Source: a virus
Length of the DNA stretch: 64,000 bases
IMG/VR virus record: IMGVR_UViG_3300032334_001923
Span: 63,288 to 127,287 of that record
Strand: one strand, 5' to 3'
Of this stretch, positions 57,438-64,000 are shown piece by piece. The notes under the pieces are model-generated. The model was not told the origin of the DNA, searched no databases, and saw nothing but the letters and a program-made list of their open reading frames with translations. Each line of letters begins with the position of its first letter. Positions within the stretch are counted from its first letter, which is position 1. Position numbers and translations under genes: made by a program.

Positions 57438-59429
57438 ATGTCGGGAATAACCCATTTATATGAGCTTTACAACAAGAAAGGAAAGGATTTTATAGACAGT
57501 CTTTTAAATTCTTACGTGACCATCAACGAGAAGATTGACGGATCTGCATTTATCTTTGAAAGAGATGAAGAGAGCGGAAAGTTCAAATTTTACAAAAGAG
57601 ATCAAAGAAACCCTATCACTCTTGTTGACAGGACTCTAATGAAGTATTACGAAAAACCTATCCAGTACATCGAATCACTTCCACCTCACATTATTCAAAG
57701 AATCCCTAGAGGTTGGAGATTCGGTCTAGAGTATCTGTCCACTGTTAATCCGGTAGAGATAGTTTATGATAGAGTTCCCAAGAATAATTTAATCCTCTCC
57801 TATATCCACACAGATAAGGTTGACGATAGGTATAAAGGAACCATACAGAATAAAGAGGAACTTGACACCTGGGCAGATATCTTAGGTGTGGAAAGACCCC
57901 CGATTATTTTCCAGGGCAAATTAAACCCGGATCAGAAAGAGCAGATTCTAAATTTCCTTAGAACCCCTTTTGAAGATCTAGTAAAAGAATATAAGACTAG
58001 AAGCTTTGTAGCTTTTATCATAGGCGTACTTAATCCTGATTTAAAAACAACAGCCCTAAATATGGACTTGAATAAGCCTATAGAGGGAATAGTTTTCAGA
58101 TTCGGTGAAGAAGGATCAAACCAAGAACCTATACTATCTAAAGTTGTAGATCCAGTATTTACGGAACTTGCTAAATCTAAAGCCAAGAAAAAGAAGGAGG
58201 AAAAGCCTAGCGATTTCTTAGGAATAGCAATACTTGATGTTATGAATTTCATTCTTGAGAATGGAGTTGATTCTTTCGAGTTTAGTGGCGAAACAGAGGA
58301 CGAGAGATACATCTCTTTCATCTCTGATGTTTTCTTTAAATTCTTGGAGGAATATTCAGAGAAGTATAAGAGCGCTGATTTCCAAGAGCCTGAATATCTT
58401 AAGAAGGAAGAATTTAGACTTAATAAAGATATGCTAAAGGACAAAAGGGTACTTAAGTATATCGACGAAGACGAGTCTTTCGAATCTTTATATAAGCTCA
58501 TTCTTAATTCATTCAGAAAGATAAAAAAGAGACCTGGTGGAATTATTACCACAGGGATCATGGACCAGTTTAATGATCTGGTTACTCAGATAGAAAAAAG
58601 AGTTGCTGTTAAGAAGAAAGAGACTGTAAACGAGTCTGAAATGATTTCTTTCTTAGACTTCAAAAAGAAGAACATAAAGAAAGTTGATTATCTAACAACA
58701 GAGTCTGACGAGTCTCAGGAATCACCAGAGAACGAGGATGATTGCTTCTATTCTTACAATGAGTTTATTTCAGCTTTAGAAAAAGTTGACACAACCAAAA
58801 AACCTAAATCTAGAGACATCTCAGAAGACGCAGACGAAAAGAAGGAACTCCAACCTGTTAATATGATAGTTGGGAGATTTCAACCTTTCCATAAGGGACA
58901 TCTTAAGATGGCACAAAAACTCAAGGAGAAAAATGATCTTCCTTGTATAGTTGCGGTTGTTCATCCTGACCATAATAAATCTAAAAAATCTCCATTTAAA
59001 CAAGACCTAGTCAGAAGATACATGGAGGGTGTTATTAAAGAGAACCCTGATCTGATTAAAGGATTCTTTATAGTAAACAGAGGTCTTCTCGGAGTGATAT
59101 ACGGAACTGCTAAAGAACACGGATTCCTAGTAAAAACAATAGGAGCAGGTGCAGATAGAATAGAAGACTATAAAAAACAAGAGGAATATCTAAAGAAACA
59201 CGGAAGTGATTTCCCTGAGGATATCCAAGTGGTTGAAACCCCTAGAACTGTAACTGCAACAGAGGTAAGAGAAAAACTTAAAGATGAGGACTTCCTAGGA
59301 TTTAAAAAATTAGTACCGTCTTCGGTTGCTTCTTTTTACCAATCCCTAGTTTCAGCTTTAAACGAAACAGACGTCAAGGAGTCAGAAATCTCTGGAGAAT
59401 CTGAAGATCTAAAAGAAATAGAAAAATAA
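57438..59429 (+). CDS. Fusion of an RNA-ligase-like covalent nucleotidyltransferase domain and a HIGH-type cytidylyl/adenylyltransferase domain
   Basis: Ligase motifs EKIDG, FGLEY, IEGIVFR and SKVVD; HIGH-type GRFQPFHKGH and VTATEVRE. Confidence 0.75.
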   Translation: MSGITHLYELYNKKGKDFIDSLLNSYVTINEKIDGSAFIFERDEESGKFKFYKRDQRNPITLVDRTLMKYYEKPIQYIESLPPHIIQRIPRGWRFGLEYLSTVNPVEIVYDRVPKNNLILSYIHTDKVDDRYKGTIQNKEELDTWADILGVERPPIIFQGKLNPDQKEQILNFLRTPFEDLVKEYKTRSFVAFIIGVLNPDLKTTALNMDLNKPIEGIVFRFGEEGSNQEPILSKVVDPVFTELAKSKAKKKKEEKPSDFLGIAILDVMNFILENGVDSFEFSGETEDERYISFISDVFFKFLEEYSEKYKSADFQEPEYLKKEEFRLNKDMLKDKRVLKYIDEDESFESLYKLILNSFRKIKKRPGGIITTGIMDQFNDLVTQIEKRVAVKKKETVNESEMISFLDFKKKNIKKVDYLTTESDESQESPENEDDCFYSYNEFISALEKVDTTKKPKSRDISEDADEKKELQPVNMIVGRFQPFHKGHLKMAQKLKEKNDLPCIVAVVHPDHNKSKKSPFKQDLVRRYMEGVIKENPDLIKGFFIVNRGLLGVIYGTAKEHGFLVKTIGAGADRIEDYKKQEEYLKKHGSDFPEDIQVVETPRTVTATEVREKLKDEDFLGFKKLVPSSVASFYQSLVSALNETDVKESEISGESEDLKEIEK

Positions 59430-59439
59430 CCAAATAAAA

Positions 59440-59985
59440 ATGAGAATCATAACTAATTTTGATGATTTTAATCCCTCTATGAATGAGTCAGACGGATTCG
59501 GAACATCACCATTCCTTCTAAAAAAGACCAGTGACGTTTATCACTACTTTTTCAACATCGAAAACGAAAATGGAACTGACAATGAAATGGGATATCACCT
59601 TATCATAGGAAAGTATTCTGACATCGAAGTAATCGATGGAGCAAAGAACTCGTATTGCGTTTTAACCCTAAACCAAGTTGCTCACGAAATAATAGACGAT
59701 ATTGCTGTTGACAAGGAAGATATTCCTTTAGCAAATGAAGATAAATTTAAAGCAAAAGGAAACGAGGTTTCTAGACTTATGGAGTACTGCTGCAAGTGTA
59801 TTCAGAACTATCTTGAGCTTAACCCTAAAGTTACCAGAATATATGACGAGATCCAGGATAATCTAGTTTTTGAAGGTGAAGGAACATACATAGAGTTCAT
59901 GAAATCCATAGTTATTTCTTACCTGGGATCAAATTGGTCAGTACAGGAGGGAGCTTCTAAAAAATCAGTTTTAATCACTAGATAA
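59440..59985 (+). CDS. Hypothetical protein with capsid-targeting-like N-terminus
   Basis: MRIITNFDDFNPSMNE-S, nearly the same leader as the 55903 gene. Confidence 0.55.
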   Translation: MRIITNFDDFNPSMNESDGFGTSPFLLKKTSDVYHYFFNIENENGTDNEMGYHLIIGKYSDIEVIDGAKNSYCVLTLNQVAHEIIDDIAVDKEDIPLANEDKFKAKGNEVSRLMEYCCKCIQNYLELNPKVTRIYDEIQDNLVFEGEGTYIEFMKSIVISYLGSNWSVQEGASKKSVLITR

Positions 59986-59986
59986 G

Positions 59987-60018
59987 GAAACAACGGAGGA
60001 ATTTTTAACTATAATAAA
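59987..60018 (+). promoter_or_regulatory. Candidate bipartite promoter GAAAC-N18-TATAATAAA
   Basis: Same spacing as 7958-7989; upstream of the Hc1-like gene. Confidence 0.45.
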
Positions 60019-60039
60019 CAAATTAAAAAAATTTAAAAC

Positions 60040-60222
60040 ATGGAAACATTCGAAAAAATGCAAGCTCTTTTGGAGCAGCTTAAACCAGACGCTCAAAAAT
60101 TCTTTGAAAAAGGTAACGGTTCAGCGGGTACTAGAATTAGACAAAGTATGCAGGAACTTAAGAAATTAGCTCAAGATTTAAGAGCTGAAGTTCAAGAAGC
60201 TAAGAAAACTAAAACTACCTAA
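60040..60222 (+). CDS. Histone H1-like (Hc1-family) small DNA-binding protein
   Basis: KFFEKGNGSAGTRIRQSMQELKKLAQDLR matches the Bacteroidota Hc1-like pattern KGNKAAGTRARK. Confidence 0.8.
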   Translation: METFEKMQALLEQLKPDAQKFFEKGNGSAGTRIRQSMQELKKLAQDLRAEVQEAKKTKTT

Positions 60223-60251
60223 TCTTTTTTTAAACCCCAAAAATATATATA

Positions 60252-60491
60252 ATGAGCTATTATTTAGTAAAAGTAAACACTGAATCAGGTGAAGTAAACA
60301 AAAAGGGAGATCCCGTAATGAAAAAATGGGAATTTCTCGTAGCAGGTGATTCTGTCACTGAAGTAGAAAAAAAAGTCGCAGAATATATGGACGGCACTGT
60401 TGGTGGATTTGAAACCTTCGCGATTTCAAAAACCAAAATTGAAGCTGTCATATACGACAAAGATAAATATGCAGAAGAACTTCTCAACTAA
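60252..60491 (+). CDS. DUF4494-like protein
   Basis: YLVKVN.E......G...K.EFLV.GDSVTEVE.KV pattern resembles Bacteroidota DUF4494. Confidence 0.6.
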   Translation: MSYYLVKVNTESGEVNKKGDPVMKKWEFLVAGDSVTEVEKKVAEYMDGTVGGFETFAISKTKIEAVIYDKDKYAEELLN

Positions 60492-60720
60492 TGAGGGAGA
60501 CACCGGATCTTATCCTCCCCCTCAGTCACCCATAGCAATTCAGCCAGGTGACACAGGATTTAAAACGGTAGGAAAGGGCTACAATCGATTCATTTGGACC
60601 TTTAGCGATTGGGACAAAAGAAAAAAGAAGATCATAGATCCGGATAAAAATTGGGGGTTAGCTTCCAAACCGATGTCAAAATCCGAATGGGATAAAAAGA
60701 AGAAAGATCTATATCTTTAA
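60469..60720 (+). CDS. Small hypothetical protein
   Basis: Likely start ATG 60469 (MQKNFSTNE-GD); ends before a terminator. Confidence 0.45.
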   Translation: MQKNFSTNEGDTGSYPPPQSPIAIQPGDTGFKTVGKGYNRFIWTFSDWDKRKKKIIDPDKNWGLASKPMSKSEWDKKKKDLYL

Positions 60721-60729
60721 GCTATTTTT

Positions 60730-60762
60730 AAAAAAGGACTTATATTTATAAGTCCTTTTTTT
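60730..60762. terminator. Intrinsic terminator, potentially bidirectional
   Basis: AAAAAGGACTTAT-attt-ATAAGTCCTTTTT. Confidence 0.85.
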
Positions 60763-60765
60763 ATT

Positions 60766-60773
60766 GATATATA
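60766..60773 (+). promoter_or_regulatory. Candidate late promoter GATATATA
   Basis: Just after the terminator; 21 nt before ATG 60795. Confidence 0.55.
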
Positions 60774-60794
60774 GTTAAAATCAAAAGAATATTC

Positions 60795-61589
60795 ATGATC
60801 CTATCTTTCGAAAGTTATTTATCTGAAAAAGAATCCTCATACTACACTTCGGTAATTGATTCTGTTAAGCTTATCAACAGTTTTTACTCAGCTGTTAAAT
60901 CAACACAGGCGGAAGAATTACCCAGAGGTAGTAACAAAGGACCTAAGGTAGAGCCCCTTCTGAGAGGTGTTCAAGCGAACGCCGGAGACCCCTGGTGCGC
61001 AGCATTTGTTTATGGTGTTTTGTCTAAAACCGCATTTTCAAAGGATATATTAAAAGATCAGATTCCAGCTGATGCAGCTGTTAGATTACACTGGGCAAAT
61101 TCAAAAGGTAAAAAGATAGAGGTTTATCCAAAGACTATAGATACTATAGATATTAATTCTATTCTTCCTGGAATGGTTTTTTGCTATCTTAGTAAGGACA
61201 AAAAGACTGGAGGATATCCTGGTCACGGGCATACTGGAATAATACTATCTGTGGATAAGGTAAATAAAACATGGACCGGGGTAGAAGGAAATACTAATCC
61301 GCTTGACGGCGGTAGAGAAGGCTACGGTACTTTCATAGTTTCTAGAAATTTATCGAATCCTAGCATAGCTAAAGATCGCGAAGATTATCCAGCTAGGCTT
61401 CTAGGGTTTATAGATTATTTTGCCCCATATAGAAAAACCCCGGGATTCACGGAAGCACTCACATTAAAACTGAAATCTTTAACTAATGAACTATTACCAA
61501 AAACAAAGAATGAGATTGCATATCTAAAAACAAATCCCAAAGTTTTAAGCGACTACGAGAAAAATTATAATAACAGAAATAAATCATAA
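60795..61589 (+). CDS. CHAP-domain peptidoglycan amidase/endopeptidase
   Basis: GSNKGPKV...PWCAAFV, GHTGII and VEGNTN give the Cys-His-Glu catalytic set. Confidence 0.88.
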   Translation: MILSFESYLSEKESSYYTSVIDSVKLINSFYSAVKSTQAEELPRGSNKGPKVEPLLRGVQANAGDPWCAAFVYGVLSKTAFSKDILKDQIPADAAVRLHWANSKGKKIEVYPKTIDTIDINSILPGMVFCYLSKDKKTGGYPGHGHTGIILSVDKVNKTWTGVEGNTNPLDGGREGYGTFIVSRNLSNPSIAKDREDYPARLLGFIDYFAPYRKTPGFTEALTLKLKSLTNELLPKTKNEIAYLKTNPKVLSDYEKNYNNRNKS

Positions 61590-61593
61590 AGAT

Positions 61594-61971
61594 ATGCCAG
61601 CACTAAGTACATCACAACAACGATTAATGGCCCAGGCCTATGCAATTAAGACAGGAGAACTTCAGCCTTCGGACTTAAACCCAAAATACAGAGATGAGAT
61701 CGTTCAACTGGCTCAGAAGATGACTAAAAAACAGCTTAGCGATTTCGCTTCAACCAAGCATAAGAATTTAAAACATCATGTTTCAGAGGAGCAATTAAAG
61801 GATCTTTCTGTAAGTTTAGAACCAATCCCATCCGAGACTATGCCTAAATTCAACCCTCATGGTCCTGGTAAAATCGTTCCTTTTCTAGATCCAGATTCTA
61901 GACAGAGAAAGAAAGGAAAGAAAAATCTTCAAAATCTTAAAGACTATAGAGATTGGTCTAGTCAATCTTAA
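61594..61971 (+). CDS. DUF3008-like protein
   Basis: MPALSTSQQRLMAQAYAIKTG...MTKKQLSDFAST pattern. Confidence 0.6.
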   Translation: MPALSTSQQRLMAQAYAIKTGELQPSDLNPKYRDEIVQLAQKMTKKQLSDFASTKHKNLKHHVSEEQLKDLSVSLEPIPSETMPKFNPHGPGKIVPFLDPDSRQRKKGKKNLQNLKDYRDWSSQS

Positions 61972-61984
61972 TTTGATTTAAAGT

Positions 61985-64000
61985 ATGGCTCAATTTCCTT
62001 CAAATCCTAGAATTGGTCAGGCATTTTTAGCTGATGCAACCACTTTATATGTGTGGAGCGGATATCAGTGGGTTCTGGCAACAGTTGGTGGATCAGGAAC
62101 TGGTTCTAACGGTACCTCCGGGACCTCTGGTATACCTGGTTCTAGTTCAGGATCTAGCGGAAGCTCTGGAAGTAGAGGAAGTTCGGGAACATCAGGAACT
62201 CCCGGCTCTAATGGTTCATCAGGAACTTCTGGCTCTAATGGTTCATCAGGAACTAGCGGAACCTCTGGAAGTAGAGGAAGTTCAGGAAGTTCAGGAACAT
62301 CGGGAACATCAGGAACATCAGGAGCGCAAGGAGGACCTGGAACTTCGGGGTCATCAGGAACTTCTGGCTCTAATGGATCTTCAGGAACTTCTGGCTCTAA
62401 TGGATCTTCAGGAACTTCTGGTTCGAGGGGATCTAGTGGATCTAGTGGATCTAGTGGAATCTCAGGAGCAACCGGGCCAGCGGGAGCTGGAGGAGCCTTG
62501 GGATATTATGGTTCTTTCTATGACACCACAACTCAAACAAATTCTGGGGTAACTGCAGCCAATAAGATAACTCTAAACTCTCTGGATATTGCTAATGGTG
62601 TTTCAGTTAATAATAACTCGGAGGTTACCTTTGCATATCCTGGTGTTTATAATGTACAATTTTCATTACAAGTTAACAAGACCGATTCGGGAGATGATTT
62701 CATAGACATTTGGCTAAGCAAAAATGGATCTAGTGTGCCTTATTCAAACACGACATTGTTTCTTCCTAAGAACGATGCAAAATCCGTAGCTGCTTGGAAC
62801 TTCTTTGTGGAGACAACAGGCCCTTCTGAATACGTGGAGCTGTATTGGAGCTCCTCCGATATCGACATGTTATTATATTCGGGTGCCACAGCTTCATCTC
62901 CAACAAGGCCCGCAATCCCATCTGTGATACTTACAGCCCAACAGGTAATGTATACACAATTGGGACCAACCGGAGCTCAAGGATCCTCCGGAACTAGTGG
63001 ATCTTCAGGAACATCTGGAATCTCAGGCTCTAGCGGTTTATCCGGTCTAGACGGAACATCAGGTTCTTCTGGAACATCAGGTAGCTCTGGCTCTAGCGGA
63101 TCTTCAGGAAACTCTGGATCTTCTGGAACATCTGGATCTAACGGTTCTTCAGGAACATCTGGATCTAACGGTTCTTCAGGGACATCTGGAAGCTCAGGCT
63201 CTAGCGGTTCTTCGGGATCTTCTGGAACATCAGGAAGCTCTGGCTCTAGTGGTTCTTCGGGAAGCTCTGGCTCTAGCGGTTCTTCAGGGACCAGTGGAGT
63301 TAATGGATCTTCAGGAACATCAGGTTCTTCAGGAACATCAGGTAGCTCAGGATCTAGCGGATCTTCTGGAACCTCAGGTTCTTCGGGAACATCCGGAAGC
63401 TCAGGAACGTCGGGATCTTCAGGAACCTCAGGAACATCGGGATCTTCTGGAACAAGCGGAACATCGGGATCTTCAGGAACCTCGGGATCTTCAGGAACCT
63501 CAGGAACCTCGGGATCTTCAGGAACCTCGGGATCTTCAGGAACCTCAGGAACCTCGGGATCTTCAGGATCTTCTGGAACCTCAGGAAGCTCTGGAACCTC
63601 AGGAAGCTCGGGAACCTCAGGATCTAACGGTTCTTCAGGGACCAGTGGAGTTAATGGATCTTCAGGGACATCCGGGTCCAGTGGAACCTCGGGATCTTCA
63701 GGAACAAGCGGAACATCAGGATCTTCTGGAACTTCAGGATCTTCTGGAACATCAGGTAGCACAGGATCTAGCGGATCTTCTGGAACTTCAGGATCTTCTG
63801 GAACATCAGGTAGCACAGGATCTAGTGGATCTTCAGGAAGCTCGGGATCTTCTGGAACTTCAGGATCTTCTGGAACATCAGGATCTTCTGGAACATCAGG
63901 TAGCACAGGATCTAGTGGATCTTCAGGAAGCTCAGGATCTTCTGGAACTTCAGGATCTTCTGGAACATCAGGTAGCACAGGATCTAGTGGATCTTCAGGA
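61985..64000 (+). CDS. Collagen-like (Gly-Ser/Thr-Ser) fibre protein with an internal C1q/BclA-C-like domain, 3'-truncated
   Basis: Not in the ORF track because it has no stop in the window. ATG 61985 gives MAQFPSNPRIGQAF..., GSSGTS repeats, a globular domain YYGSFYDTTTQ...YPGVYNVQFSLQ...YVELYW...SVILTAQQV (about 62500-62950), then Gly every third residue to the end. Confidence 0.9.
   Translation, partial: MAQFPSNPRIGQAFLADATTLYVWSGYQWVLATVGGSGTGSNGTSGTSGIPGSSSGSSGSSGSRGSSGTSGTPGSNGSSGTSGSNGSSGTSGTSGSRGSSGSSGTSGTSGTSGAQGGPGTSGSSGTSGSNGSSGTSGSNGSSGTSGSRGSSGSSGSSGISGATGPAGAGGALGYYGSFYDTTTQTNSGVTAANKITLNSLDIANGVSVNNNSEVTFAYPGVYNVQFSLQVNKTDSGDDFIDIWLSKNGSSVPYSNTTLFLPKNDAKSVAAWNFFVETTGPSEYVELYWSSSDIDMLLYSGATASSPTRPAIPSVILTAQQVMYTQLGPTGAQGSSGTSGSSGTSGISGSSGLSGLDGTSGSSGTSGSSGSSGSSGNSGSSGTSGSNGSSGTSGSNGSSGTSGSSGSSGSSGSSGTSGSSGSSGSSGSSGSSGSSGTSGVNGSSGTSGSSGTSGSSGSSGSSGTSGSSGTSGSSGTSGSSGTSGTSGSSGTSGTSGSSGTSGSSGTSGTSGSSGTSGSSGTSGTSGSSGSSGTSGSSGTSGSSGTSGSNGSSGTSGVNGSSGTSGSSGTSGSSGTSGTSGSSGTSGSSGTSGSTGSSGSSGTSGSSGTSGSTGSSGSSGSSGSSGTSGSSGTSGSSGTSGSTGSSGSSGSSGSSGTSGSSGTSGSTGSSGSSG
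62960..64000 (+). repeat. 9/18-bp low-complexity tandem repeats (GSS-GTS)
   Basis: ggatcttcaggaacatca-type units, with higher-order repeated blocks at about 63720-64000. Confidence 0.95.

Noticed and set aside
57932-58561. 209-aa minus-strand ORF and other short antisense ORFs in the track
   Set aside because: They lie within well-supported plus-strand genes and are Ser/Phe/Leu-rich as expected for shadows of Lys/Glu-rich proteins.
62034-62552. 172-aa plus-strand ORF (HQELLAL repeats)
   Set aside because: Alternative frame of the same repeat; the frame starting at ATG 61985 contains a coherent globular domain.
62977-63978. 333-aa minus-strand PEDP/PEVP-repeat ORF
   Set aside because: Antisense shadow of the GSSGTS repeat gene; the repeat codons simply lack stops on that strand.
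1-64000. Stop-codon reassignment as in some large Bacteroidota phages
   Set aside because: Code 11 gives long, tightly packed genes; TAG and TGA end several genes at sensible boundaries and do not interrupt conserved domains.
1-64000. tRNA, rRNA, integrase, transposase, diversity-generating retroelement
   Set aside because: No intergenic space or motifs were seen for these, and there is no reverse transcriptase or template/variable repeat pair. A tRNAscan/Infernal run would be needed to exclude small RNAs formally.

Overview
AT-rich, gene-dense segment of a very large T4-like (contractile-tailed) phage genome, almost all on the + strand in the standard genetic code. The host is probably Bacteroidota: it encodes an S1 homologue with a Bacteroidota-like N-terminus plus Hc1-like and DUF4494-like genes, and its starts are A-rich without an obvious Shine-Dalgarno. 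Positions 1-50.3 kb are a tail/baseplate/neck/fibre module (gp53-, hub-, gp5-, gp13-, gp25-, gp6-, gp7-like genes and very large fibre or adhesin genes). Interspersed in it are a ribosomal protein S1 homologue, a putative amidoligase, a GT96/GT95-like protein O-glycosyltransferase beside Thr/Ser mucin-like tracts, an inverted phoH, and two structural genes ending in Hint (intein-like) domains. Positions 50.5-55.9 kb hold RuvC-like resolvase, a truncated gmhA, gp32 SSB, primase, UvsY and UvsW. Positions 55.9-62 kb are a cluster of proteins with T4 capsid-targeting-like N-termini, including a Pol-beta nucleotidyltransferase, a ligase-like/HIGH-NTase fusion and a CHAP amidase. The window ends inside a nearly proline-free (Gly-Ser/Thr-Ser) collagen-like fibre gene. 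The strongest candidate new systems are virion protein O-glycosylation, Hint-mediated C-terminal processing or conjugation of tail proteins, and a capsid-packaged nucleotidyl-transfer enzyme set. All family assignments come from motif recognition by eye; no database searches were run.
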